A stretch of DNA of 64,000 nt from an uncultured bacterium (GCA_963786935.1 CAWBAN010000001.1:1024001-1088000), one strand, 5' to 3'. Positions 20,525-31,793 are shown, numbered from the stretch's first letter. The notes: generated by a model from the letters alone, not told the origin. Translations and numbers: made by a program.

Positions 20525-21120
20525 GATCGATTCCTTTCGAGCCGCGAGAGCATGTCGAAGAGCAGGCGCACCGGCAGCCCGACGACGTTGAAGTAGCAAC
20601 CGTCGATCTTCTCGACGAAGGGCGCCGCGTAGCCCTGTATCGCGTACGCGCCGGCCTTGCCGAACGGCTCGCCGGTCGCGACGTATCGCGCGACCTCCTC
20701 ATCGGACAGGACCCGGAACCGGACACTCGTCCGCTCCGCCTCGCAGAGGCGACGCCCGTCCGGCGCCACGACCGCAACACCGGTCACTACCTCGTGCGTC
20801 CGGCCGGAGAGCGCGCGCAGCATCGACACGGCGTCGGCCTCGTCGGCGGGTTTCCCGAGCCTCGCCGCTCCGCACACGACGATCGTGTCGGCGGCGACGA
20901 TCGTCGAGCCCGGCCGCGCGCGGCGCGCCGCGTCCGCCTTCCGCTCGGCGGCGAAGATCGTGAAGAGCGCGTGATCCGCGCACTCGATGCCGGTCTCGTC
21001 GACACCGGTCGGGAGCACCTCGAACTCGAAGCCGAGCCGCTCGAGAATCTCGCTGCGGCGCGGGGACGCGGAGGCGAGCACGAGATTGCGCTGCAGCTCG
21101 GTTCCCAGAAACGGATTCAT
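20521..21120 (-). CDS. maf: Maf-family nucleoside triphosphate pyrophosphatase
   Basis: LASASPRR, ADTIV, GKAGAYAIQG, NVVGLP. Confidence 0.95.
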   Translation of the reverse strand: MNPFLGTELQRNLVLASASPRRSEILERLGFEFEVLPTGVDETGIECADHALFTIFAAERKADAARRARPGSTIVAADTIVVCGAARLGKPADEADAVSMLRALSGRTHEVVTGVAVVAPDGRRLCEAERTSVRFRVLSDEEVARYVATGEPFGKAGAYAIQGYAAPFVEKIDGCYFNVVGLPVRLLFDMLSRLERNRS

Positions 21121-21136
21121 CGCCGGTACCGCTCCC

Positions 21137-21589
21137 TCACGCCTCGCCGGCGCCGCGGTCGATGAGGAGCGTCACGGGACCGTCGTTCACGAGACGTACG
21201 CTCATCTTCGCGCCGAACACGCCGGCGGCGACCTTCGGATAGAGGCTTTTCAGATGATCGAGGAATCTCTCGTACAGCGCGCGCGCCTCGTCGGCCGGGG
21301 CGCTCTCGAGGAAATCGGGGCGTCTGCCCTTCCGGCAATCGCCGTACAGGGTGAATTGCGACACGACGAGCAGCTCCCCCCCTCGATCGAGCACGGAGCG
21401 GTTCATCTTGCCGTCCTCGTCCTCGAAGATCCTGAGATCGAGACACTTCCGCGCCATCCACTCGAGATCCCGCTCCGCGTCGCCGCTCCTGAACGCGGCG
21501 AGCACGAGGAGCCCCGGCCCGATCGACGATACGACCGCGCCGCCGACCGTGACGCTCGCCTCGCTCACCCGCTGCACGACGACGCGCAT
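21137..21589 (-). CDS. dtd: D-aminoacyl-tRNA deacylase
   Basis: [19 protein letters not shown]. Confidence 0.97.
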   Translation of the reverse strand: MRVVVQRVSEASVTVGGAVVSSIGPGLLVLAAFRSGDAERDLEWMARKCLDLRIFEDEDGKMNRSVLDRGGELLVVSQFTLYGDCRKGRRPDFLESAPADEARALYERFLDHLKSLYPKVAAGVFGAKMSVRLVNDGPVTLLIDRGAGEA

Positions 21590-21608
21590 CGCGCGCACCC
21601 CCGCTCGA

Positions 21609-23342
21609 TCAGCCGGCCGCGCGCTCCCCGACGCCCCGCTCCTCCTCCGAGAAACGAATCGCGACGATCTGGAGCTGCGGCTCGATCTTGCCCTGATAGA
21701 CGTTTTTCCTGAGATTGATGAGGACGTCGAGCCGCTTGTCGACGACGTCGGCGGGCTTCCACGTCCCCGCGAGAGAGAATCCGATGAGATCGCGCGCGTC
21801 CCCGTGCCGGTCGCGCGCCTCGAGCTTGAGGTGCCCGTCCCCGACGACCCGCGTGCCCGGCTGCGCGGTGATATCGCGAATCATGAGCACCGGCTCCGGA
21901 TTGCCCGGGCCGAACGGCCCGAGTCGCTCGATGAACGAGAAGAGGGAGAGGGTGCAATCGCCGAGGGGAACCTCCGCGTCAGCCTTGAATATGGCGGGCG
22001 CAGCGGGACCCGTGGAGAGCTCCACCACGATCTCCTCGAACATCATCTGGAACTCGGGTATTGCCTCCTCCCGGATGCTGAACCCACCCGCCTCCTTGTG
22101 CCCTCCGAACTCGATGAGATGCTCGGCGCAGCGCTCGAGCGCTTCCTTGACGTTCACCTTGCCCGCAGAGCGAACGGAGCCCTTGCCGATACCATCCTGA
22201 ACGGCGATGAGCACGGCCGGAATGTTATACCGCTCGGCAAGGCGCGCCGCCGCGATTCCCACGACCCCCTGGTGCCAATCCGGACCCGAGAACACGAGCG
22301 CGCTTGGCTCATGGTGCCAGACGCGGTATTCGGCCGATTTGACGGCTTGCTCGATGACCCTGTTGCCCTTTTCCTTGCGAAGATCATTGTTCTTCTCTAT
22401 CTCATCGGCAATCTTCTCCGCTTCATTATCATCTCTGGTGATCAGCAATTCAACTGCGGCGCGCGCGCTTCCGATCCGCCCCGGCGAGTTGAGCCTCGGT
22501 ATCAAGGTGAAGCTCACCTGCCGCGTCGAGAAACCGGTCGCCGGCAAGCCGCTCCTCGCCCGCAGCGCGCGCAGGCCGGGGCGCCTCCACTGCTGGAGAA
22601 GCTCGAATCCTTCGGCGACGATGACGCGATTCTCGTCGCGCATCGCGCCGCTGTCGCCGAGCGTTCCGAGCGCAACGAGGTCGAGATGCTCCCGGAGCTT
22701 CAGATCGAGCCCCATCGTCCGCTCGAGCCCCTGGAGGAGCTTGAACGCCACTCCCGCTCCGGTGAGCTCCCTGAAGGGATAGGTCTCGCCGGGGAGCTTC
22801 GGATTGATGAAGGCGTGCGCGCCGCTCACGCGCTCGCTCGTTTCGTGATGATCGGTGATGACGACCGTGACGCCGCGCTCCACGAGCGTCGCGATGACCT
22901 CGCCGTCGCTCGAGCCGCAATCGACGGAGAGCACGAGCTTGAGCCCCGTCTCGAAGCCGCGATCCATCACGCGCCGCGCGAGCCCGTATCCGTCCTTCGC
23001 GCGATCGGGCACGAAGAAATGCACGTCGGCGCCGAGCTTGACGAGCACCTCGAAGAGGAGCGCCGTGCCGCAGACGCCGTCGGCGTCGTAATCCCCGTGA
23101 ACGAGAATGCGATCGCCGCGCGCGATCGCCTCGTGCAGGAGACGCGTCGCGTTCTCCATCTCTCTGAACAGGAACGGGTCATGAAGCTGCCCGAACTTCG
23201 GATTGATGAACCGGATCCCGTCCTCGACGCTCCGAACGCCCCTCGATGCGAGCAGCCGCGCCTCGAGCGGCTCGAGCAGCAGCTCCCGGGCGAGCTCGCT
23301 CTCGAGCCGTTCGTCGGCCGGTTGGATTTCCCAGATCTGCAT
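21609..23342 (-). CDS. recJ: ssDNA exonuclease RecJ
   Basis: [38 protein letters not shown]. Confidence 0.95.
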   Translation of the reverse strand: MQIWEIQPADERLESELARELLLEPLEARLLASRGVRSVEDGIRFINPKFGQLHDPFLFREMENATRLLHEAIARGDRILVHGDYDADGVCGTALLFEVLVKLGADVHFFVPDRAKDGYGLARRVMDRGFETGLKLVLSVDCGSSDGEVIATLVERGVTVVITDHHETSERVSGAHAFINPKLPGETYPFRELTGAGVAFKLLQGLERTMGLDLKLREHLDLVALGTLGDSGAMRDENRVIVAEGFELLQQWRRPGLRALRARSGLPATGFSTRQVSFTLIPRLNSPGRIGSARAAVELLITRDDNEAEKIADEIEKNNDLRKEKGNRVIEQAVKSAEYRVWHHEPSALVFSGPDWHQGVVGIAAARLAERYNIPAVLIAVQDGIGKGSVRSAGKVNVKEALERCAEHLIEFGGHKEAGGFSIREEAIPEFQMMFEEIVVELSTGPAAPAIFKADAEVPLGDCTLSLFSFIERLGPFGPGNPEPVLMIRDITAQPGTRVVGDGHLKLEARDRHGDARDLIGFSLAGTWKPADVVDKRLDVLINLRKNVYQGKIEPQLQIVAIRFSEEERGVGERAAG

Positions 23343-23385
23343 CGCGGATCCCGTCTCTCCCGGCGCGGGAGCGCCGTGTAAGCGA

Positions 23386-23750
23386 GCGACGGCGGAGGGG
23401 ACTTGTAAGCCGGGTTCTGTGCCCTTGCGGGCGGTGATCATTTATCTCGGACCGACGTTGCCGGCGGTCTCCAGCGACCTACCCGAGAGTATGGCGAAGC
23501 GGGCCGCTTCTCCTCTCCTATTTGGTCTTTCTCCGGGTGGGGTTTGCCGAGCTGCCGCCGTCGCCGGCGGCACTGGTGAGCTCTTACCTCGCCTTTTCAC
23601 CCTTACCTCCGAAACCGGAGGCGGTGTATTTTCTGTGGCACTTTCCTTGGGGTCACCCCCACTGGGCGTTACCCAGCACCCTGCCCTCTGGAGCCCGGAC
23701 TTTCCTCGAGCGCTCGCGCGCCGCGATCACCCCGTCTCCTCTGCCGTCGC
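23386..23750 (-). ncRNA. rnpB: RNase P RNA (class A)
   Basis: Minus strand has GAGGAAAGTCCGGGCTC, AGTGCCACAGAAA and ACAGAACCCGGCTTA; ends pair (GCGACGGC/GCCGTCGC). TTTACC-17-TATATT promoter upstream. Confidence 0.97.
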
Positions 23751-23865
23751 ATTTTTCTCGTTGCGATCGAGGGGAATATAGCACGGCTCGGGGAAAAGGT
23801 AAAGCGCGAAGGCCCCGGGCCCTGAAGGCGCCGGGGCCGGGCGCCGAAGGAAACGGATCGGCGCG

Positions 23866-24444
23866 CTACGAAGCGTCGCCCCCGTCGAGCGCCGCGTTCG
23901 CGAGACGATCGGCCGCGCGGTTCTCTTCCCGCCGCACGTGCTCGAACGCGCACGCCGCGAAGTGCCGCGCCTCGGCGGCGACCTCGCGGGCGAGCGGCGC
24001 GAGATCGGCGCTCTTGATCCGGTACGCGCCGGTGAGCTGCTTCGCCACGAGCTCGCTGTCGACGCGGACCGTGAGATCCCGCACGCCGATCTCCCGCGCG
24101 AGCTTCAAACCTTCGATGACCGCGCGGTACTCGGCGACGTTGTTGGTCGCCCTCCCGATTTTCTTCGCGACGGAAACGAGCTCCTCGCCGGTGGGGAGAT
24201 ACACGATCGCGGCGATCGCCGAGGGGCCCGGATTGCCGCGGGATGCGCCGTCGGCGTGCATGATCGCACGATCGACGCCGCGCCCCGCGCCGGCGGCGGG
24301 GGCCTCCGGAAGCGACGCGGAGAGCGCCTCGATCGCGGCGATCGCCTCGGCGCGCGACGCGAATCCGGCGGACTCCCAGCCCTCGTCGAGCGGGCGTCCG
24401 GCCGCGATCAGGGCGAGAAGCGTCTTCAGGCTCTTCGGTTTCAT
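23866..24444 (-). CDS. rnhA: Ribonuclease HI family protein with N-terminal extension
   Basis: DGASRGNPG, TNNVAEY, DSELV, RREENRAADRLAN. Confidence 0.9.
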   Translation of the reverse strand: MKPKSLKTLLALIAAGRPLDEGWESAGFASRAEAIAAIEALSASLPEAPAAGAGRGVDRAIMHADGASRGNPGPSAIAAIVYLPTGEELVSVAKKIGRATNNVAEYRAVIEGLKLAREIGVRDLTVRVDSELVAKQLTGAYRIKSADLAPLAREVAAEARHFAACAFEHVRREENRAADRLANAALDGGDAS

Positions 24445-24459
24445 CGGACCGCCGGCCGC

Positions 24460-25179
24460 TCAGCCGTTTTCGTAGTGCACGAGGATCCTGCCGCAGACCT
24501 CGCACGTCATGATCCGGTTGTTTCTGCGGACCTCGACGGCCGTCTGGGGAGGCACGCGCGAGTAGCAGCCCTGGCAGATGTCCCCCACGAGATTCGCCAC
24601 GCCCGAATCCCCCTTCGCCGTCCTGATCCGGGCGTACAGGCGCCGGATCTCCTCCGAAATATGCGGCATGATGCGGAGCTTTTCGTCCTCGATGATCTTG
24701 AGCGAGTCGTCCGCGGCGGTCGCCTCGCCCTGGAGCCGGTCGCGCTCGGCGACGAGCCTTCCCCGCTCGCCGCTCATCCTCTCGGTAAGCGCGGCGATCT
24801 CCCCCCGCCGGACCTCCCCTTCCTCGAGAATGACCATCATGCGCTCCTCGGCCTCGTTGATCTTCTTGCCGATGAACTCCATCTCGGTGATGATCGCGCG
24901 ATAGAGCTTGTTGTCCTTGATCGTCGCCTGCTCCGCTTTCTTCTTCGTGAGATCCTCGTTGAACGACTTGATCTCCAGCTCGATATGCCGCTTCTCGTGG
25001 TCGAGCTTCTCGATGATCCGTTTCGTTTCGCTCAGGCTCTCATCCATTTTCTTGATTTCCCGGTCGATCGCCTTGATCCGGGGAGGGATCGATTCGAGAA
25101 TCTTCCGCTTCTCCTTGATCTCGATATCCTTCCTGACGATCTGGATGAGATACTGAATATCCTCCTCGACGGTCGGCAT
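24460..25179 (-). CDS. Coiled-coil C4 zinc-ribbon protein (DUF164-like)
   Basis: Long coiled coil, then CQGC..CEVCGRIL. Confidence 0.9.
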   Translation of the reverse strand: MPTVEEDIQYLIQIVRKDIEIKEKRKILESIPPRIKAIDREIKKMDESLSETKRIIEKLDHEKRHIELEIKSFNEDLTKKKAEQATIKDNKLYRAIITEMEFIGKKINEAEERMMVILEEGEVRRGEIAALTERMSGERGRLVAERDRLQGEATAADDSLKIIEDEKLRIMPHISEEIRRLYARIRTAKGDSGVANLVGDICQGCYSRVPPQTAVEVRRNNRIMTCEVCGRILVHYENG

Positions 25180-25195
25180 AGATCATCCTTTCTGC

Positions 25196-25228
25196 AAAAA
25201 AAGAATGCTTCCCACGAGGGAAGCATTC
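25196..25228 (-). terminator. Intrinsic terminator directly upstream of the zinc-ribbon gene RBS
   Basis: Perfect 11-bp stem GAATGCTTCCC/GGGAAGCATTC, 4-nt loop, then T7. Confidence 0.8.
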
Positions 25229-25356
25229 ACCCTATCCCGCAACGAGGAATCGGCGCGTACAGCTTCGATTCCTCCGGTATTTTTCCGTATGTTCGATCAA
25301 TCGAGACATTCCCGCCCTGCGCGCCGCGCCATTGCTCCGAACGTAATGAAACATGC

Positions 25357-25385
25357 AGTTTACAGAAACGTCCGAACGGGGTCAA
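25357..25385 (-). promoter_or_regulatory. Candidate sigma70 promoter
   Basis: TTGACC-17 bp-TAAACT on the minus strand. Confidence 0.6.
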
Positions 25386-25400
25386 GCGATTTTCCATATG

Positions 25401-25430
25401 AAAACGGGAGGCGCGGGCGGCGCCTCCCGG
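25401..25430 (-). terminator. Terminator of the YCF48-like gene
   Basis: CGGGAGGCGC/GCGCCTCCCG stem followed by TTTT on the minus strand. Confidence 0.65.
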
Positions 25431-25468
25431 ATCGTTTCCGCGGACGCACGGGCGCGCCCCGCGGGCGC

Positions 25469-26560
25469 TCACCGATCGAGCGATTCCTGCAGGCCTTGGA
25501 GCGCCGTGAAATCGTAGGCGAAGTCCCTGATCGACCAGGTCGTCCCTCCGTCGAACGTGCGGAGCAGGATGGAGTGCTTGAGATACACGTCCCCCACCTG
25601 CTCGTCCGCGCCGCGGCCGGCCACCCATCCGTTGTTCTCGTCGACGAAGTGGACGCTCCTGAGATCCCTGATGCGGTCGTCTTTCGGCGTCACGTTCTGC
25701 CAGGTGGCGCCGCCGTCGACCGTCCGGAGAATCGTCTTCCCGCCGACCGCGAAGCCGCGCGCGGCGGAGTGGAAATAGAACTCGCGCACCGTCGCGACGG
25801 CGGCCTGCGTCGTCCACGTCTCCCCGCCGTCCGTCGTCTTCATGATGACCCCGCCGCCCGCCCATCCCGTCGTCCCGTCGACGAAGCAGATCGCGAGCAC
25901 GGTTTTGAGAACCGAGGCCTTCGATCCGGCGACGGCCGCCCAGCTCGCTCCCCCGTTCGTCGTCCGGTACAAGAGGGACGGATCGGGATCGGTGTAGCGG
26001 CTCCCGAGAAGATAGCCGGTCCGGTCGTCCGGGAAGCTCATGTCCCACGCGCCGCGGTACGGCACGACCGGCAGCCAGTTGTTCACCCAGTCGCCCCCGG
26101 CGTTCTCGGTCTTGTACACGCCCCCGTAGCCGAGGATGTATCCGAGATTCTCGTTGAAGAACGCTATTTTGTAGAAATCCTCGTCGACCGGGAAGCCCGA
26201 CGCCGTCACCTTCGCCCACTCCCCGCCGCCGTCGACGCTATGATAGATGGTGCCGTCCTTGCCGACGACCCATCCGTTCGTTCGATCGATGAACTGCAGA
26301 TCGTTCAGGTTCTGCCCGTCGATCACCGTGCCCTTCCACGTTTTTCCGCCGTCGGCCGTCACGATGAGGGTGCCGAGCGCGCCGGCGACGCTGCCGAAAT
26401 CGGAGTCTTGAAAGTAGACGTCGGTCGCGCCGCAGATGATGCTCTCGACCGGGGGGGTATCCTTCGGCGCGGCGACCTCGTCCTTCGCGCAGGAGTGAAT
26501 CTCGAAGTACACGAAGAGAATGACGCAGATCGCGAGCAGAATGCTTCTCCTCAGTTGCAT
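25469..26560 (-). CDS. YCF48/BNR-repeat beta-propeller, probable lipoprotein
   Basis: Repeated TxDGGxTW Asp-box motifs; signal peptide ending in a Cys. Confidence 0.85.
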   Translation of the reverse strand: MQLRRSILLAICVILFVYFEIHSCAKDEVAAPKDTPPVESIICGATDVYFQDSDFGSVAGALGTLIVTADGGKTWKGTVIDGQNLNDLQFIDRTNGWVVGKDGTIYHSVDGGGEWAKVTASGFPVDEDFYKIAFFNENLGYILGYGGVYKTENAGGDWVNNWLPVVPYRGAWDMSFPDDRTGYLLGSRYTDPDPSLLYRTTNGGASWAAVAGSKASVLKTVLAICFVDGTTGWAGGGVIMKTTDGGETWTTQAAVATVREFYFHSAARGFAVGGKTILRTVDGGATWQNVTPKDDRIRDLRSVHFVDENNGWVAGRGADEQVGDVYLKHSILLRTFDGGTTWSIRDFAYDFTALQGLQESLDR

Positions 26561-26733
26561 TTTGAACCCCCCAGTGCGAAAATGCGATATTCCTCTTTAC
26601 GGGAGAGCGGGCCGCACCGAATTCGCTCGTTGCATCTGTATATATTACAATATATTAGCACGGCCTGTCAATGGAGAATTCTCCCGGACCCTCCCGCCTT
26701 CGCTCACGAACCGTGCATGCGCAAGCTTCGGGC

Positions 26734-27201
26734 CTACACGAGGGACAATTCCATGTAAACGGGGTGCTCGCAGGGATTGTAGCAGTACGGGGCGCATTTC
26801 CTGAAGCCGATCGAGAGATACAGGGAGTTGGCCTCGGTCATCGATTCGAGGGTATCGAGCCTCATTGTCGTATAGCCGATCTCGCGGGCGCGAGCGACGA
26901 TCTCCCCGGCGAGCGCGCGGCCGACGCCATCGCCCCGGTGGGCCGGCTTGACGTAGAGGCGCTTCATCTCGCACACGCCGTCGCCGATCTTCCGCAGCGC
27001 CGCGCATCCGGCGGGCTCGCCGTCCACGTAGGCGACGACGATGGTTCCCTCCGGGGGGGCATACGCCCCCGGCAGCGTGTCGAGCTCGAGATCGAAGTTC
27101 TGGAAGCAGAGATCGATGTCGAGCGAGGCGGCGTAGTCCTCGAAGAGCCGCCGCACGAGCGGCATCTCCTCCGGTGCGCTCAGGTGAACCAGCGTATGCA
27201 T
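26734..27201 (-). CDS. GNAT-family N-acetyltransferase
   Basis: CEMKRLYVKPAHRGDGVG, MRLDT, LYLSIGF. Confidence 0.92.
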   Translation of the reverse strand: MHTLVHLSAPEEMPLVRRLFEDYAASLDIDLCFQNFDLELDTLPGAYAPPEGTIVVAYVDGEPAGCAALRKIGDGVCEMKRLYVKPAHRGDGVGRALAGEIVARAREIGYTTMRLDTLESMTEANSLYLSIGFRKCAPYCYNPCEHPVYMELSLV

Positions 27202-27276
27202 GGGCGTCAGATGAAGCGGGCGCGCCCGGCGAACAGCCGCGCGCGCCCGAACGTTGTCGTTCAGAACGACCGTTGC

Positions 27277-27918
27277 CTAGAACGGGAATCCGTAACCGAG
27301 CGTAACCCCGATGTTCGTGTTCTTGACGTCTCCGGCCTCGGCTCCCTCTACGCTCTTGTCGATCGTCTGCATGCCGACTTCATAGCTGGCGCTCAGGAAG
27401 ATCATGCCCTTCTCCAGCTTGTATCCGATTTCGGCGCCGCCGAGGATCCCGATATCCATGGATTCGGTATTATCCTTGATGTCCTCGGATCCGCCCTCTC
27501 CCTCAACCTTTGCCGACATGAGGAATCCGAAGGTGGGACCGGCGAAGATCGCGGGCTTTATCTTCCCCTCGGTCGGGATAGTGACCTTGAGGAGCAGAGG
27601 AACCGCGATGTAATCGATCTTCGCATCGACCGAGCCGGATTCTTCGCCCTCGCTCCACTCATACGTCGCGCCCTTCTGCATGTAAAGGCCCTCGACCTGA
27701 ATGGCGAAGAGCTCGGTGAAGGCGTAGTTGAAGAAAATGCCGCCGCCGAAGCCCATCTTCATCGAGGGATCCGTATCCTCAATGGTGGCGTCATCGCCGG
27801 TGAGATTCGACATATTGAGGCCGCCCTTGATGCCGAACATCATGCCTTCGGCGAACAGGGGGGCAGCGGTGAACAGCAGGACCGCCGCCAGCATCAGAGC
27901 AAACATGAACTTCTTCAT
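27277..27918 (-). CDS. Outer-membrane beta-barrel (porin-family) protein
   Basis: MKK signal peptide, FGIKGGLN, alternating beta strands, C-terminal Phe. Confidence 0.8.
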   Translation of the reverse strand: MKKFMFALMLAAVLLFTAAPLFAEGMMFGIKGGLNMSNLTGDDATIEDTDPSMKMGFGGGIFFNYAFTELFAIQVEGLYMQKGATYEWSEGEESGSVDAKIDYIAVPLLLKVTIPTEGKIKPAIFAGPTFGFLMSAKVEGEGGSEDIKDNTESMDIGILGGAEIGYKLEKGMIFLSASYEVGMQTIDKSVEGAEAGDVKNTNIGVTLGYGFPF

Positions 27919-28183
27919 AACGTCCTTCCTTTCGAACAAACAAATTACATATTGCACGATCCGTATGTCAAACGATGGTTGCTGTTCGGCAATCACCTCC
28001 TCGAAGGTTGAACCTAGTCAACACTTTGGGCGATAGTTAATACGGAAGCTGTTTTCTTGGCAAGAAATATTTTCGATTTTTTTCATTTTTTCGGCGCGGC
28101 GAACAAGCCACGATTTCAACCCCAGGCGCGGCGCGCGCTTCGATGTTATACGCACGTGTCCCGGATAAGTTGCGAGGGATTGA

Positions 28184-28258
28184 TGGTGGGCCCACCAGGA
28201 TTCGAACCTGGGATCAACCGGTTATGAGCCGGGGGCTCTACCGCTGAGCTATGGGCCC
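28184..28258 (-). tRNA. tRNA with CAT anticodon, most likely tRNA-Ile2 (lysidine type)
   Basis: GGGCCCA acceptor stem, CTCATAA loop, GGTTCGAATCC, encoded CCA. No initiator features; lies directly after rpoD. Confidence 0.9.
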
Positions 28259-28267
28259 GCTCCCGGA

Positions 28268-30019
28268 TCAGACGTCGATGTAGCCTTTGAGCTTCCTGCT
28301 CCGGCTCGGATGCATGAGCTTGCGCAGCGCCTTCGCCTCGATCTGCCGCACGCGCTCGCGCGTCACGCTGAATATCGTACCGACCTCCTCGAGCGTGCGG
28401 GGCGTGCCGTCGCCGAGCCCGAACCGCAGACGGACGACCTTCTCCTCCCGCTTCGTGAGGGTCGCGAGCACCCGCGAGACCTGGTCGCGGAGCATCGCGT
28501 GGGCGGCGGACTGATCGGGCGCCGAAGCCGAGGTGTCCTCGATGAAATCGCTCAGATTCGAGTCGTCGTCCTCGCCGATCGGCCGGTCGAGCGAAATCGG
28601 CTCGATGCTCGCCTTCATGACGCTCTTCACCTTGCCGACCGGATAGTTGAGCCGCCGCGCCACTTCCTCGGGGGTCGGCTCGCGGCCGAACTCCTGGACG
28701 AGCTTCCGCTGCGTGCGCGATACTTTATTGATCGCCTCGATCATGTGGACGGGCACGCGGATCGTGCGCGCCTGATCGGCGATCGCGCGCGTGATCGCCT
28801 GCCGGATCCACCACGTCGCGTACGTGCTGAACTTGTAGCCCTTGCGGTAATCGAACTTGTCGACCGCGCGCATGAGCCCGCTGTTCCCCTCCTGGATGAG
28901 ATCGAGGAACTCGAGCCCGCGGTTCGTGTAACGCTTCGCGATGGAGATCACGAGGCGGACGTTCGCCTCGATCATCTCCTGCTTCGCCCGCTGGGAGCCG
29001 CGCTCACCCTCCCTGATGTCCTGCACGATCTTCTTGAGCTGATCGTAGTGCACGTTCTCCTTGCTCTCGATATGATGAATCGCGCGCTCGATCTCCTTGA
29101 AACGGTCGGTGAAGCCCCTGAGCTCGTGCGGCGTCCATTTCAGTTTCTTCTTGAGCGCCAGCTTCTCCTTCGTGTTGCCGCCGGCGAGAATCTTCATCGC
29201 GCGTTCGACGCTCTCGTGGTTCATCCCGACGAATTTCTCGTACTCGTGGACCTGCTTCTTGTGCTGCTCGATCCGCTTGAGAACTTCCTTGATCTTCTCG
29301 ACGAGCCGCTCCATCTGCACCGGGTTGAGCTTGATCTTCCGGTACTCCTCCTGGAGCTTCCGCGTGCGCATGTCGATCTGCTTCTGGATCGGCGCGGCGG
29401 CGGTCGCCTGATGCTTCTTCTTGAGCTTCGCCTCGAGCTCGACGATCTCCTCGCGGAGCTTGATGATCCGTTTCAGGATGCCGACGTACTTCTTGAGCTC
29501 CTTGCGGCCGGAGAGGTGCGGGTGCAATCCGCCCGTCTCGACCTGCACGAGATCCTCGAGGCGCAGGGTCCCCTTCTCGAGCCGGTCGACGTAGCGCTTG
29601 AGCTCCTTCGTCGTCGCGTTGAGCTTGAACACCGCCTGGAAGATCGTCAGATGCCCGTCCTCGATGCGTTTGGCGATCTCGATTTCCCCCTCGCGGTTGA
29701 GCAGCGGCACCTTCCCCATCTCCCGAAGGTACATGCGGACCGGGTCGTCGAAGCGCACGCTCGTGTTCAGGTTCTCCTCGGACTTCTTCGCTTCCTTCTG
29801 CTCACGTTTCTTGCGGGCCTCGATCTTGAGGAGCGCCTTCTCGCGGGAATCGAAGAATTCGATGTTCTCGTCGCTCAACCGGTCGTAGAGCTCGATAATC
29901 TCGTCCGGGTCGAATCCCGCGCCGACGAGCTCCTCGATCTCCTCGTTGAGGACGTAGCCCTTGTCCTCCGAGACTTTCTTTATCTCCAGCAGAATCTCTT
30001 CAATCCTGTCGATTTCCAT
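28268..30019 (-). CDS. rpoD: Primary sigma factor RpoD
   Basis: [44 protein letters not shown]. Confidence 0.98.
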   Translation of the reverse strand: MEIDRIEEILLEIKKVSEDKGYVLNEEIEELVGAGFDPDEIIELYDRLSDENIEFFDSREKALLKIEARKKREQKEAKKSEENLNTSVRFDDPVRMYLREMGKVPLLNREGEIEIAKRIEDGHLTIFQAVFKLNATTKELKRYVDRLEKGTLRLEDLVQVETGGLHPHLSGRKELKKYVGILKRIIKLREEIVELEAKLKKKHQATAAAPIQKQIDMRTRKLQEEYRKIKLNPVQMERLVEKIKEVLKRIEQHKKQVHEYEKFVGMNHESVERAMKILAGGNTKEKLALKKKLKWTPHELRGFTDRFKEIERAIHHIESKENVHYDQLKKIVQDIREGERGSQRAKQEMIEANVRLVISIAKRYTNRGLEFLDLIQEGNSGLMRAVDKFDYRKGYKFSTYATWWIRQAITRAIADQARTIRVPVHMIEAINKVSRTQRKLVQEFGREPTPEEVARRLNYPVGKVKSVMKASIEPISLDRPIGEDDDSNLSDFIEDTSASAPDQSAAHAMLRDQVSRVLATLTKREEKVVRLRFGLGDGTPRTLEEVGTIFSVTRERVRQIEAKALRKLMHPSRSRKLKGYIDV

Positions 30020-31793
30020 CAATCCGGATTTCCTCCTTGAGATCTGCGCTCTTTGAGCCGTCGCGAAAGATCCTGATACGCCTTCGTGATCTCGCGGATC
30101 TCGCGGTCCGCGTCCGCCCCGCGCTCGCCCTCGAGCGCTTTCAGGCGTTTTTTCATGAGATCGAGCTCTTCCTTGAGAGCTTCCTTCTTGAGCCAGATGA
30201 GCGTATCTGCCAGGTATTGCTCCTGAGGCCCCGGCGGCAGCGGCAGGAGCGCGATCTCCGATGCCAGCATGCTCAGCTCCGGGTTCTCGATGCCTCCCGT
30301 GAAGGCGGAGCTCCTAATATCAATATTGTTTTTCAGGGCCGAGTCAAGGGCTTTGTAATAGTCCATGAAACGAGTTCCCTCAAGGTCTCCGATGTCGAGG
30401 TCATCGAGTATCATCCGCGCGTACCGCTCGTCCTCGAGCCCGATCCTGAAGAGCAATTTCTGGTGCCGCTGCCGCAGGTTCTCCGCCTCGGGAGACCGCT
30501 CCGGCGCCTTCTCGGCCCGAACGCGAGTCGTGAGCCCCGATCGAAGCGCGCCCACGGGCACCTCGAACAGGCTCGAGATCTCCTGCACGTAGAGATCCTG
30601 CCGCACCCGGTCCGTCACCGAGGAAACGGACCCCAGGAGATGCTTGAGCACCTGATTCTTGCGGTACGTCGTCCTGCTGCCGCTGAGCGCCTCCTGCTTC
30701 AAGAACGCAAAATAATGAGGAGCAGAGCGCATGAAACCGCGCAATTCATCTGCTCCCCTTTTTCTTACGAAACTATCAGGATCTTCCCCTTCAGGAAGCA
30801 CCACGACATTGGAATCGAGCCCCACGACCAGGAGCTCATCCGCGGCCCTCACCGACGCCCGGATTCCCGCCCGGTCGCCATCATTGATAATATATACATG
30901 ATTGGCGTATCGTGCAAGGAGTCGACCCTGATCCTGCGTAAAAGATGTGCCGCATACGGCGCAGACATTGTTGAATCCATTCTTCCACAACATGAGATAA
31001 TCCATGTAACCTTCAACTATAATAGCATTTCCACTCTTTCGTATTCCTTCTTTCGAGTGGTTGAGCCCGTAAAGCATTTTGCCCTTGTAATATATGGGGC
31101 TTTCCATGGTGTTCAGGTATTTCGGCTCGGAATCGTCCAGGACACGCCCGGCGAGCCCGACGACGCGGTTCGGGAGGGACTCGATCGGGAAGACGACCCT
31201 GTTCCTGAAATAGTCCCGGTAGCCGCTCCCCCCCTGCTCTTCATGACGAGGTTGAGCTCGAGGAGGATGTCCCGGGAGATGCCCGCATCCATGGCCGAGC
31301 GGTAGAGCGCGTCCCAGAGCGCGGGCGCGAATCCGAGAGAGAACTCCTTCACGATGTCGGCGCCGAGCTCCCGGCGCTCCAGATAACGGCGCGCCGCCTC
31401 CGCGCCGCCGTCCTCCGTGAGCATCCGGGCGTAGAACCGCGCGGCGAAATCCATCGCCCGGTAGTACGGCTCGAGCTTCTCCCTGCGGTCTCCCCCGGCG
31501 GCGTACCGGTCGACGTCGATGCCGAGATCCTTGGCGAGGCGCGAAACCGCCTCGAGAAAGCCGACTCCCTCGTACTCCATGAGAAAATGGAACGCGTTCC
31601 CACCCTTGCCGCAGCCGAAGCAGTGGTAGATCTGCTTCTCGGGATTCACCGTGAAGCTCGGCGTCTTCTCCCCGTGAAACGGGCAGAGCGCCTTGTAGTT
31701 CCGGCCGGCCTTCTTCAGATCGATGAACGAGCCGACCAGCTGCACGATGTCGGTGCGTTCCCGGATTTCCTCGATGACCTTCTGTGGAATCAT
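30019..31793 (-). CDS. dnaG: DNA primase (split by a 1-nt frameshift at a G7 run, 31228-31234)
   Basis: [15 protein letters not shown] zinc finger. The shifted frame continues [32 protein letters not shown]; one extra G restores a single ORF. Confidence 0.95.

Noticed and set aside
28184..28258. Initiator tRNA-fMet
   Set aside because: Position 1:72 is paired (G-C) and the anticodon stem lacks the three consecutive G-C pairs of initiators.
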